From contig NW_019028991.1 in assembly GCF_002105155.1 (NCBI RefSeq), positions 62,001 to 126,000 of the forward strand: a stretch of DNA of 64,000 bases. Direction: 5' to 3'. This DNA comes from Lobosporangium transversale (Eukaryota). The translations under genes were made by a program, and so were the position numbers. Shown here piece after piece: positions 1 to 11,542 of this stretch. The number at the start of each line of letters is the position of its first letter. Within the stretch, counting starts at the first letter, position 1. Below the pieces are notes generated by a model that was not told where the DNA came from, searched no databases, and saw only the letters and a program-made list of their open reading frames with translations.

Positions 1-177
1 TTTTTTTTTTTTACAAGTTGATGGACAACCTCTATATCGCTGGCGTCCTTTTTCACAGTATGCATTATGTGCAAAAAGGCTATGATACTAATGAAAAACA
101 GCGTAGCCTGATCCATGAGCATTTCAAAAAATTTATTGAAAAAGGGTAATGAATTTAGAACAAAAGTAAGCGAAACA

Positions 178-2223
178 TTAACTAGACACAACAGGGTCAT
201 TGATATGCTGTTTTGTCCAATGATAGTAATATAACAAGGCACAGGCAGGTTGACCTAGGATCGTGAAGGAAACCCAAAAGATCATGTTACCTAACCCCGT
301 TCCTGTTCCACGCCACTTCTCCAATGGGTTGGTCAAGATGATCAGCGGTATCTGAAAGAACATGCCTGCAAAGGCATATCCATAGATCAAATGAGTAGGA
401 AGACCGATCACAATTTCATGCATAAGGGCCGAAATCGTAAAGATGATCAAAGACGCTACCAAAGGAGAAGTGCCCGAGGTCACCAATGGCAAATACACAT
501 GACGCTTGAAAAACGTGTAGATGGGCTTGTTCCACAATCGCCAGTACGACGCTAGCGATCCTGCATTCCACCATGCCAGATAGAAGCATCGATCACCAAA
601 ATAGAGCATCTAATTAACAAGTATGTACAGCGAAATAGAGTTCAATAAATTCTTAGAGCAGATTCTCTTTGCAAGAAAAAGAAGTTTGCCTTGTAAACAT
701 GCCCCAGTGCTGCATTATCGCACCATCTCCGAACTTTTTTTTTTTTTTTTTTCCTTCATTCAAAGCATTTTTCTTTTTACTTACTTCTGCCAAGGCATTA
801 AAAGTTGCATGGAAAAAAGTGTAGAACATGAGGAGCCAAATAAGCACACTGGTTGTGCTCAACTTCAAGATCCGCTCCAACATAGTCCCGAAAGCCAATT
901 GATCCACTGCTCGGATAGAATTCTGAAGTGTTGGGGTTGCATATTGTTCAATTAAGAAGTACATCATGCCAAAGCAGGTAAATGTCTCAGCTACTCGTTT
1001 CAGGAAGAACGACTTGCGGAAGGTGGTTGTACGTGGATATGAGGGCTGATAACAAAGCGTGGGCGCCAACCAAAAGTAACCGACATTCAAAAACGTCACA
1101 TTGTCAGGGTATTGAACATCATACTGATAGATCTTTCCTGGGGTCGCATCACTCTCCTTCCTTGCATCCTTTTTCTCTCTTCCTTTCTCCTTCTCTAAGG
1201 AACTGCTACTATCTGAGTACACTGCTGCTGTAGCCTCATGGACGTTGTTCAAGTGTTTGAACTTGTCAGTGGACTCGTCAAAAATGTACATTGCACGAAG
1301 GTCCTGATGGACAAGCGCATATGAGGTCATCTTGAAGGATTGAATAGTACCGTTGATTAAACAGGTCATGGACATGAATGGATGAAAGATCAGATAGTAG
1401 GACATATATGAAGGCCATAGCAGGATCAAGGCCACGTTGAAGACATGCAACCATCCTACTATTCTCTGAAATAACTTGGCTGCGGCCACGACGCGTTGAT
1501 ACTCCTTGAGGGCCTGTTTGGGGTCCTTGTGATCCCCGTCACCGTTAGTGTTTATGTCATTTGTAACAGCAGCCGTCGAGGAAGGAGAGGATACGGATAA
1601 GTCTACAAGGCGTTTACGATAGCCCAAAGCCCTTTTCTTGGCCCAATATTCCAATTGGAAAGCAGCAAAAACGTGTAAAGGCAGTAATAAATGAGAGATA
1701 GCGGTCAAGATCCAGTCTTCTTTGGATACCTTGGATCCTGGCAGAGAGATGAGAATGCCGTATTTTTGATAATTTTCGATAATCAGACGAACGTTGTTGC
1801 CAAACAGTAAAAGCACTACTCCCCAGGAAAAGAGAGGGAAAAAAAAAGAGCATGACATGAAAAAGTGTTTGGGATGAGTAAGGATTTATCAACATTAAAG
1901 TGTAATTGCATTTGTGTATAGTGCATGTGTGCCACAATCTTTAGGCGATGCTCGTAACGAAATTGTAACACCAACATCTTGCCTTTTTTTTTTTTTTTTT
2001 TTGAAAAATAATGAAGAACAAACGTACTTCCTAGGTTCACAAACCCACGATAGTTTTCAGGGGGTGCTTCTTTCGATAATGGACTTGGTGCACTTTCTGT
2101 ATGAACTGCAAAAGTATGTCGATAGGAGCCTGAATGCATTCTATTTGCCTTTTTCATGTCTTTGAGAACGGGAGGAACCTCGGATAGGACAGCCTCTGCA
2201 ACATTGCCTTGGTTCAGTGCCAT
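178..2223 (-). CDS. DGAT1: Diacylglycerol O-acyltransferase 1 (MBOAT family). 3 exons: 2223-2028, 1815-785, 609-178; about 552 aa
   Basis: GT-AG introns join the ORFs in frame (total 1659 nt). Motifs: SPLSKEAPPENYRGFVNLGMLLLFGNNVRLIIENYQKYG, APTLCYQPSYPRT, FGDRCFYLAWWNA, YWRLWNKPIY, ISALMHE (catalytic His), GNMIFW. Confidence 0.93.
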
Positions 2224-2350
2224 CTTGGATTCCGCAGAACAAGTAGAGTTGAGAATTGAAAGGGATGTCTGAGGAGGAATGATGTTCGACGGACCTTTTT
2301 TTTATAATTTAGGCTTTCCTCTCTAGTCGTTCTTGGTCCTGTGAAATGCG

Positions 2351-2382
<32 letters not shown>

Positions 2383-2966
2383 GAATGAGTGAATGAGAAG
2401 AGAATTGAATGATGAGAACAAACATGAGCCTTTTTTTTCCAAGCGATACACTCGACAGAGACATGTCATGTATCATTCACACTCTGTGCTTCCTGCATTC
2501 ACATTTGATTTTACCTTTATGTATCTCCAGGTTAGGCTCATTCCAAGAAGGAGTAGTGAACAAGAATGAAAGGAATACAGAAGAGAAAAGAGAAGAGAAA
2601 TATAAATAAGCGGATATGAAAGCCCACAAAGGACATGATAAAGAAAGTGAATAGGAAAGGGGGTTGCCTCATGTGCAAGCTGAGTGATCATTTTTTCCTG
2701 CGCTTGGACCACAGCTATCGACCACAAAACATTTTGCGTTTCTTTCAATGGCCCAAACCTTACTTAGTCTTCGCCTCGCGGATATCATGTAATTCGAGCG
2801 TTGTCCCGAAACGATCCTCATTCTAGCAATAGTTAGACTCGGAAGTCCACCCGTTTCAACATGTGAATACCTGTCTAAATCATGCTAGCCAGTTTTTATT
2901 TTATTTTTCTACGCTCTAGGGAAAATAATCTTTGTATTACTCATCTTTAAATCTATGTGTTCAATT

Positions 2967-4506
2967 CTAATTCTCTTGTTGCATCGCGATCGGTGGTAAC
3001 TGCTCAGGACTTTCCTCAGGTTGCTGCTCTAAAGAAGAGGGTGGTGGCGATGATGATGGTTGCTCCATATACTCTGTAATCGGTACCATATCAGGTGCAA
3101 TTTCATCATCAACAGAAAGTAATACAGATTGTGACCAATCCTCGGTAGCTGGTGTCGGCGAAGGCTGGAATTGCTTTTCAAGTGTAAAGAGAGTCTCGAG
3201 CATTTCTTGCCTCTCTGCCTGCATAACAGGCGGTACTGGAACGACCTCCTTGAGGCTCTTGGATCGGACATAGTCGAAGATTAAAAAGTTGAATGCTCCC
3301 CCAGGAATAGCTCTGATTGCTCTGGCTCTTGTTCCTGAAAAAAATGCCATCAGCCCTTCTTTCTTCCAAATCTCTTTAAATACGTCCATCCAGTTTAAAG
3401 TCGGTAGTGGTAGCTTGATGCCTGAAGCATTCGTAGGCTGTAGCCGTTGTTCGGTTTGAATACGTGTCTTGATCATATCACAAGGCGAAGACACTACAAC
3501 TCCTGCCACAGATGCGATACTCCCTGCCATGGACGAGATCAAAAACTGATGGGATTGCAATGGTGGAAATGGATTTGGGTTGGGCCTTCGGGCTGCTTGG
3601 ATATCCCTGATATAATCAATACTGCCCTTGATCCAATACCGCGATATCTCATATGCTGGAAAATAAGCTGCAAAAAAGGGACCAGTTGAAAGCAGAGTTG
3701 CAAAGTAGCCTCTAAATAAGAATCGAGTGCCTTCTTGTCTATATTGTGCACGAAGTGATTCAGTAAGTGTCATGGGCTTCGGTTTTTCGAGCGGCTCTGA
3801 ATACCCAGTAACATATAGCGGCATATTTGACGTATTAGGTAATGCCCCTGCCTTAGCAATCGTGATCTGTTGCGAGATCTATCATAGATAAAGCAAAAAA
3901 ACGGTCTTTAACGTGTAATCACCATACTATCATTCCTGATGTCTTACATGGGCATGAAACCCCCCGTCCAATGACGACATAATGATAGAACAGGATCTAC
4001 ACTATATAGTTGTCAGATCCCAGTTGCCAGTAAAAAGAGAAAATCTAGTAAGACCTACAAATAACTTCTTGAGGAGCGTCCAAGCAACTCACCATGTCAA
4101 AAGGAACGATAAAGAACGTCGTAACAATGGCAGAGAACGTTCCCAGGACACCACTCAAGACTCTTGAGTCCTTTAGGATCGGATATCCAAAATATCTGTG
4201 TTGCTTGATGACCTGGGCTGCATAATCATAGGTAGCAAACTGTAGGATCTTTGTCGTTGTCACCCCTGTTGTGTAAATCGCCGAACCCGCAAACAAGGCC
4301 TGGACACCATTCTTTCTATACACATCTCGTATAACTTTAAAAATCGAATTGGGAACTGGGCTCGTGACCTTGCTCTGCTGTAGGAGGCGTACTGTTCTTA
4401 ATGGGTACATGAATAGGATAGGTGGCACATTAAGAATGGTCGCCCAAAAGTAGTAGCGACGGAAGTCGATCTTTGAATGGTCGACGGATTCTGGTACAGG
4501 AGGCAT
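2967..4506 (-). CDS. Mitochondrial carrier family (SLC25) protein. Exons 4506-4093, 3878-2967; about 441 aa with an acidic, Pro-rich C-terminal tail
   Basis: Three carrier signature repeats (PLRTVRLLQQ, PFDMISQQI, PCDMIKTRIQ) plus EGTRFLFRG and EGLMAFFSG. A GTGAGT...TAG intron keeps the frame. Confidence 0.88.
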
Positions 4507-5557
4507 TTATTTATTTTGAGTATCCGAGGTTTCGGTGCGCTTAGTCGAAAGACTGGTAACGAAATAAGCCCTATCCTGCCCTGCTAAAAAAGTGAATCTA
4601 ATAGTGAAATGACAACGAAATGAAGGGAAACTGAAGTGGGAATGGAAACAAATGAGAAAGTGAATGTCGCGAACAGACCTCTAAATATTTAAATTAACAA
4701 CTGTGATCTGCCTGGGTGCATTTATTCAAGGATTCAATTTTTAAGGGTTGGGCACATTGATTACAGGCTGCCGCACATGTCTTAAAATTTATCTTATCTA
4801 AACCATGACTCAATAAAATGTGGGCTATTACTTGGGAACCTTTCTAGCCTTTAGGTGACTCTTTCAAGACCTCGTGTTCTTTAGGCAAGAGTATCAACGT
4901 TGATTCTATTTTGCTTCTAGAAAAAAATTTATAAAGGAGGTATCGTATTTGTCAAGGAACAGATGTTTCTTGATATCACTACTTGATCACGTCATCGTCT
5001 TCGAACAAAGCATGTTGATGAAGAAAGTGCTGGAGCAGGATCAAGCCATGACTTCACATCTTCCTGTCTTGAATTGGAGTCCTCTGGAACGAAAGGTAGA
5101 CGGATACCGATTAGAAGCCTTGACATTTCCAATGACTGCCTGTGAGTGAGCAAATGCCTTCGCCCAAATTCATAAGCGGAAACCCCAAGATTCTGTCTAT
5201 TTTTTATACCAAGTCTGAATTCGAAATGTACACCATTAATATGACTAAGGACTGTTATGTCTCCGTAAAGTCATGCCCATGTAGGGAAAACTCAACAGCT
5301 GGTAACAATCAAAAGCGAGTCATTGGCTGTGTGCTCCTTTGGGTGGTCCGAGCGAATAGCACTTTTGTCCATTTGAGCCCTGATCCTCATTTCAAGCTCT
5401 CACAATTTTTCACAGGAAAAACCTCCTTGTATCCTTCACTCGAATGGTGGCGCGACTCACCCAGAGTTTTTTTTTCTTCTTTAAAAAATATTATTAATCA
5501 TCTTTTTATTTAACTCCTATCGTTTTCTTCTTCTAATACCATTTCATCCAGTGATGC

Positions 5558-6538
5558 TTAAAGCATGCTGCTCATCAACGAGACAATGGAGCCAATGATG
5601 AGCATGGCACCAATAGAAGTAGCCGCCTTAGCCACAGCAGCCGATGTGCCACACTTGGAGGTATCGTACATGGCCAAGAGTTTGCCGGTCAAATCCTCGG
5701 TAACGATAGTGTATTTGGTGCTGTTGTTGCCGCCTGTAGGAGCGGGAGCGGGGACAGAAGCGGAAGTGGGGACAGAAGCGGAAGTGGGGGCAGAAGCGGG
5801 AGCAGACACAAGGAATGATGCTGTGCAAGTGACCTTCAGGTTGCAGAGAGGTTGAGCTGAGCAAGGGAATCATATAATAAAATAATGTCTTATGTCAATT
5901 CAACGTAATTCAGTTACTAATCTCATGTCATCTCTCCTTTAGTTGCCTTGTTTTCCAAGGCACCAGATTTGCGCCCTCGGCACCAGCTTAACATTTGTTC
6001 TCCCAGTCAATGTTTGCTCCACAAATTCTTTTTCACATGACAAATATTAATTCCTGCTTGGTCTAAAATTAATCGAGTCTTTTTGTAGCGTACAAGCATT
6101 GCCACTTTGTTTGTTCCTGAAAATAGAACGGGCCCCAGGAATGACAAGTTCATGTCATTCAGTAATTCCATCAATCTTTTTTTTTTTTTTTTTAACTTAC
6201 CACCCGAGAGGTTGGTGACATTGCATCGAGGTGACATGCCTTGGTAGGAAGAACTGGACGAATACAAGAGTTGAAGGAAAATATTATTACTTCTCTAGAT
6301 CTCACTTACATGAGTGTTCACCCTTCCAACAACAACAACAAAAAAAAAAAAGGTGCGTAATAGCTTACTTCTTTCCATTGCCAAACGTCTCTGCACCAAG
6401 AGCTTTGCAGTTGGCCTCCCAGGCTGTGCAGTTTAAGGGATTACCGGGGTTGAAGAGTTCAGCAGCAGTAACTGCCGAGGTCAAACAAAGGAAAAGGGCC
6501 AAAATGGCTATTACCATGGAAGATTTTGCGGCGTACAT
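5558..6538 (-). CDS. Small secreted, probably GPI-anchored, Cys-containing protein. Exons 6538-6369, 6253-6201, 5856-5558; 173 aa
   Basis: Signal peptide MYAAKSSMVIAILALFLCLTSAVTA. Two GTAAG..CAG introns give a continuous 522-nt frame. Six Cys in the mature part, a Ser/Pro/Ala-rich repeat and a hydrophobic C-terminus (AATSIGAMLIIGSIVSLMSSML). Confidence 0.8.
5740..5805. repeat. About 3 copies of an 18-bp coding tandem repeat encoding (SASVPT)-like units
   Basis: GGGACAGAAGCGGAAGTG is repeated on the + strand. Confidence 0.8.
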
Positions 6539-6957
6539 TTTATTTTCTTTTTGAATATGAATCTGGATATGCGTGATAAGGAAGTTCTGGTCTTGAATAA
6601 GATAGGATGGAGAATAGAAAGTATTGGCTTTATTGGCGTTCCTGGTTTTCGGATTGACTGAATTATGAGTGATGTGGAGGGGGAGCAAAAAACTACAGAA
6701 AAAGAAAAAGAAAGGAAAGAAAGAAAAGAAATAAAGGACGAAGAATAAATGGTATACATGTACCATGGAGTGGAGTGGGAGTGGAGCGTGCAATTGCTCA
6801 CAAACGGAATGAGAGCAATTACTGCGACAACAGTGAAAGTTCGTCGACTGCTGTTTCTTTTCCCGTCTTCTTCGCAGCATACAACATGTACATTGAAACT
6901 CAACCGCTTTTTCTTTCTTTTATTTTTTTGTCATAAAAAATGCATGAAAGAGAGATA

Positions 6958-9299
6958 GAGTCCTCGCCAAAAAGTCATAAACTGGATATATTTTTCAGGC
7001 TTTTAAATTGAATAGAATACTTCCACTTTTAGACGCAGGAAAAATACGTACAAACTCAAAATTTTAATTTTTACGAGAGCGTTTTCGATTGATAAGAGGC
7101 TCGTCCTCAGACTCGCTATCCTCTATCACATTAAACATGCTTCCAGCATCTAGCGTAAGATCCACTATCTCAGGGCCTAGGGTAACAGCTTCAGCTCGCT
7201 CTTGATTTAGTACTCTAATGAGTTCTGCATCCCACTCACTATTGTCGACTTTGAAAGTGTCACTAAGGTCCACAATAGGCTCGTTTTCATCAAAAACCTC
7301 TTGATAAACCTCTTCGACTATTTCTTCCTGTGCATGACTCCTCTCGTTATAGTATCTCATGCCAATTTTCACAGACTTCTTCCATACAGAGTAAAAGACT
7401 TTACACGGAATCTGGGAAAACAAGCTTAGTAGCCTTTTTTTCAGCAAGATGGATGTCATTGTCACCATTGCTCTCGAGGCAATTATGTTTTTCACAACTG
7501 CCCAGATCTTCTCAATAGGTTGTAGCTCGCAATGGTAGGGTGGAGTCTTGAGGATTTCATGTCCACCATTCTCCTGGGCTATTTTACTGATAGAGAAATA
7601 CGACTCATCAGGAAGAGCGTTAACCAATTCCATAAGCTCGTTTTTGTTCAGTGCTTTTCCATTTTCCCTTGTTGGAATAACAATCTCCTTGCCCGTGAGC
7701 CACTCTTTGATAGTTTTCACAGTGTCGCTCTTGGTTGGTTTCCTGTTTTTCTTGTGAAAGTGATATGAAGCGCCATCAAGATGGATTTTACAAGGGCCAA
7801 GTCCCATCTTATTGAGATTCTCACAAAGTCGCTTAAAGATACTATCGAACAAACTAGCGTTGAAGTTTCCATGATAATCGTGATCTGTTGCCACGACCCC
7901 TGCATTCCTGATCTCCTCAGGTACGTCATCCCACAGTTCAGCCTCCTGCTCTTGGCCTTTTTTTGATTGAGGCTTTGGTCCCTTTGATGGCCAAACATAC
8001 ACGCTATCATTAACGAATTTGCCTTCAACCTTTTTAGCAGCTTCATCATAATATACAATGAAGGCTGCAAATATAACCATGATTGGTTTCCTTCCTGCAT
8101 CGTTAATGACACCACCGCCACTTTGCACCCAACGTCTTGCTGCAGCATGGTCAATGTGGCAGTAAGACTCGTCCAAGAAGACCTCTGGAGTCCTAGGCAC
8201 CCAACTGCCGTCTACTAGTTTTAAATTCTTAAGACGGCGCTTCAGGTAAGTAGCTCGGAAGGCAATATTCTCCTTGGAGTCGTGCAAAAAGTTCTGTCGG
8301 ATCCCTTTGCCCCAATACAGTCCCATTTTACGGAGGTCGCGAGTGATTGATCTTGCTGATCTGTCGATTTCAAAGTCTTCTTTCAGTTGGTTTGCAATTA
8401 AACCCGCAGAATTAGGAGTCCCGCTCTTGTTTGATTCAACTATGATATTCAGCACCTTCGAGTTTAAATCCTTGTCCGCTTCTTTTTTAGGGCGTCCAGT
8501 TCTTCCTCGCCCTGTCATTTCGACGATGCCTGTTTGTGCATATTTAATTGCTGCCACACAAGTGTTTCTCCCTACACCCATCAGAATCGAAAGGTCCATT
8601 GCTCTGTTGTCTGTCTTCTTAAACCAGTCTTGGACTGCTGGTGGCGCATTCATTATAGCATTATATGTATGAGCTATTATCGCGTATTCGTCTTTAGTAA
8701 CGGACGCTTTACTGCGTGTAAATGCCTTTTTTCTCTCTCCAGTTTGTTTGTCTGACAAGAATGGATTTAAATCGAGGGTATTGGGACGCTCACCGAATTG
8801 CTCTAATGAGGTAGAACTCCTTGGCTCGTTTCTGGGAGGAGTAATCCATTGATATTCGGTAGGAGACCTAATAGGGGAGAGATCGGCTTCAGTGGGCAGT
8901 TGTGGCGATCTTCGAGGCGGAGTGAAGGGTGTGCCTGAAATCATTTGGTCGATATTTCCTTCGCTATACCAACCACCAAGATCGTTGTATGAGAGTAGGT
9001 TATTGATATCAAAAGGGAAAGACATTTTACTATCTGAAGATTGCGAATAAAGTAGGTTGACAATGAGGATGAGATCGAGAATGAGATTGAGAATGATGTT
9101 GCCCATTTCTCGCAAATTCTAATATTTCTAATTAAAAACGAAGATTGAATTGGTTTGGTGGCCATGCATCTAATTCATTCCTTCTATTCAAAAAATATAT
9201 GCATTTTTGTCTTCGTACGTAAATTTTTATTTTTCAAATTTTTAATTCAAATTGAGTATTGTAAAATATATCCAGTTTATGACTTTTTGGCGAGGACTC
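6958..9299 (-). mobile_element. Intact IS630-Tc1-mariner DNA transposon (DD87E, Sailor-like), 2342 bp, 37-bp perfect TIRs, TA TSD
   Basis: Left TIR 6958-6994 GAGTCCTCGCCAAAAAGTCATAAACTGGATATATTTT; its exact reverse complement lies at 9263-9299. TA flanks both ends (6956-6957, 9300-9301). A single intronless transposase ORF lies inside. Confidence 0.96.
7064..9025 (-). CDS. DDE transposase, about 653 aa from ATG 9025 (alternative ATG at 9106)
   Basis: GRTGRPKK linker and a HTH-like region (SARSITRDLRKMG). Catalytic motifs VFLDES (D at 8171-8173), IHLDGASYH (D at 7775-7777) and PPYHCELQPIEKIW (E at 7511-7513). C-terminal NLS RKRSRK. Confidence 0.94.
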   Translation of the reverse strand: MSFPFDINNLLSYNDLGGWYSEGNIDQMISGTPFTPPRRSPQLPTEADLSPIRSPTEYQWITPPRNEPRSSTSLEQFGERPNTLDLNPFLSDKQTGERKKAFTRSKASVTKDEYAIIAHTYNAIMNAPPAVQDWFKKTDNRAMDLSILMGVGRNTCVAAIKYAQTGIVEMTGRGRTGRPKKEADKDLNSKVLNIIVESNKSGTPNSAGLIANQLKEDFEIDRSARSITRDLRKMGLYWGKGIRQNFLHDSKENIAFRATYLKRRLKNLKLVDGSWVPRTPEVFLDESYCHIDHAAARRWVQSGGGVINDAGRKPIMVIFAAFIVYYDEAAKKVEGKFVNDSVYVWPSKGPKPQSKKGQEQEAELWDDVPEEIRNAGVVATDHDYHGNFNASLFDSIFKRLCENLNKMGLGPCKIHLDGASYHFHKKNRKPTKSDTVKTIKEWLTGKEIVIPTRENGKALNKNELMELVNALPDESYFSISKIAQENGGHEILKTPPYHCELQPIEKIWAVVKNIIASRAMVTMTSILLKKRLLSLFSQIPCKVFYSVWKKSVKIGMRYYNERSHAQEEIVEEVYQEVFDENEPIVDLSDTFKVDNSEWDAELIRVLNQERAEAVTLGPEIVDLTLDAGSMFNVIEDSESEDEPLINRKRSRKN

Positions 9300-9590
9300 T
9301 AGTCTAGTATTTTGTCAAAGGTTAATTCTGTCAATGGTGTTGTGTTATGCTTATTGTTTACTTTGTTAAATCCCTCGCCCTTTGTTGCTAGGCTCTTTTT
9401 TTTTGTGCTGAACAAGATTCTACAATATGAAGTCAAACACCAAAAAGTATACGTTCATTCAATGCTTCTTTTAATTGTGATGATGACTTGTATAAAATGA
9501 ATAAAAAATAAATGTGATGTTACGGACGGTTACTATATACAAAAATAAAAAGTAAGAAAAGCGCTAGCATTCTTTTTCTTGGATTTAGTT

Positions 9591-11542
9591 TTAGCCATGG
9601 ATCCACCAGCGTCCGTTAGTGCGCCAGTATTTCAAATAGAAGACTGCGAAACTGGATAATGTCATGGTCGTGCCTGAGAAAATAAAAACGTAGATATAGT
9701 TCGTATCGGGCTTGGTGATATCAAGCAACCAAGCAGACACGGGGCTTCCGATCAAATAACCAAAGCCAATACTTCCATACAACAGACCCGTAACAGTTGT
9801 GAGGCGATCAAGGCCGTAGATATCTGCAATAACAGAAGGGATGACACTGAAGTAGCCTCCACAGGTGAATCCATATACGACTGCAAAGATAGTGATAACC
9901 TTGACAGTTGTAGCCACGGGCCAGATACATAGGATGCTCAGACCACTCACAAGTGCGCAGATGAAGAGCATGTTGATACGACCCACCCGGTCGGTGATGA
10001 AACTGAGGGAAAGACGACCAACAAGGGAAGCCCCATTGAGAATACCAATCAACATGGCACCAGTTGCTGCTGTTTGGTGATGGAAGACCGCAAATGCTAA
10101 ATTGTCAATTTAATATAATGGAATGAAATATTTAGTCTCATCGTGTCACTGTAAAATAATGCGCTCATCATGGTTTTCTTTAGACATGTAGATTGATGAA
10201 ATAGCTTACTTGAAAGGAAGAAGAAAGGAATCATATATCCAAGCGATGTTAAAAAGTTGGCGAATGTGAGGGCAATGAAAGGCACTTCTTTGCAGATCGT
10301 AAAGTCCATAGGAGCCTTCTTGTTCTGTCCGTGTACTTTCTTAACCCTAGTCTTGAGCATCATACCAGAACCACCAATACCGATCAAGCAGAGCAAGCCT
10401 TGGATGCGAAGCGTCCAACGGACGCCCACACTAGCAATCAAATGCTCTGTCAGTGGTCCCAGGACAAGGCCTCCCAGACCCGATCCGCAAACCACAATGC
10501 CAATGGCGATCGAGCGGTATCTCTCAAACCAATGAGCTGGACACGAGATTGCAGGAAGATAGACCAGACTAGACCCGATACCGAGGACCACACCCTGACA
10601 GATATACAGAGCTGCAAGACTCTTCGCAAAACTGGCAGCAATCAAACCAGCTCCCATGAAAAAGGCCCCCAGGACTGCCGAGATTCTGTATCCAGCGCGA
10701 TCCGCGAATCGACCACTAAATGCTCCAAGTAGATAAGTAAATGTCGTCGCCAAGGTTCCGATCATGGCAATGTTCTGAGAAGATGTGCCCTTCAAGAAAG
10801 GCATAATAGGTTCGGCAGCAGGAGAGGTATAGAACTCTTGATAGACTCCGAATGTGTGCTCAGTTCCGAAGACAATAAAATAGATGATGAAGGAACACAC
10901 AACAATGACATAGCCATACCAGGACTTGTCCATCGGAGGCGAACCATCATCTACCTCTGGAAGGTCTGGGCCAATGAATGCCTCCAGGTTCCTCTCAGTT
11001 GCTGCTGATGATGGGATACCCATTTCTTCTTCGATAGGTGCTTCGGGATCACAATCTTTTTCGCTTTTCATTACTACCTGGATCGGAGTTTTTTTCTCGC
11101 TCAGAAACTGCAATTGAAGCAGACGATGGCGTCTCACTGAGGATGTTGCTGTCATGTTGGAGTGTAAAGATGAAGCAATCGAAGATCGTCTGTCAGCATT
11201 AGGCAATTGTGTGATTGCTAACATTGGGTCCGAGAATGCGAGGCGAAGGCTAGAGGCCGCTAGGTCATCCTGTTTGGCTTCCTGAGCATCAAGAGCACGA
11301 CGCTGGTGTGGCCGCAGCTGCTCATTATCCAGAGAATCAAAGGAGCCACGATGTGTGGAATAATACAGTTTCTCTTTGTGCTGTTGCTGATATTGCTTTT
11401 CGTCGTCATCTGTCTGCATATTGTCGCCGTTGTTGGTGACTGCTATGGGTGTATGGAAAAACTCTTCCTCATCTGTCTCGGCCTTTACGGAGGGTGTGGC
11501 AACTGTGGCGGTGATCGCAGGGATGCTGGATGGCGCTGACAT
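9591..11542 (-). CDS. MFS transporter, monocarboxylate (MCT/Mch)-like. Exons 11542-10210, 10096-9591; about 612 aa
   Basis: About 12 hydrophobic segments. Motifs FGVYQEFY, GRFADRAGYR, HWFERYRSIAIGIVVCGSGLGG, DRVGRIN. The intron restores the frame. Confidence 0.9.

Noticed and set aside
4800..5513. ORFs of 66 and 123 aa between the carrier and the GPI gene
   Set aside because: Non-ATG starts, and no motifs or splice structure.
6958..9299. Possible Fanzor/TnpB or other cargo inside the transposon
   Set aside because: The single ORF fills nearly the whole element and shows only HTH and DDE features. There are no RuvC or Zn-ribbon motifs and no room for a second gene.
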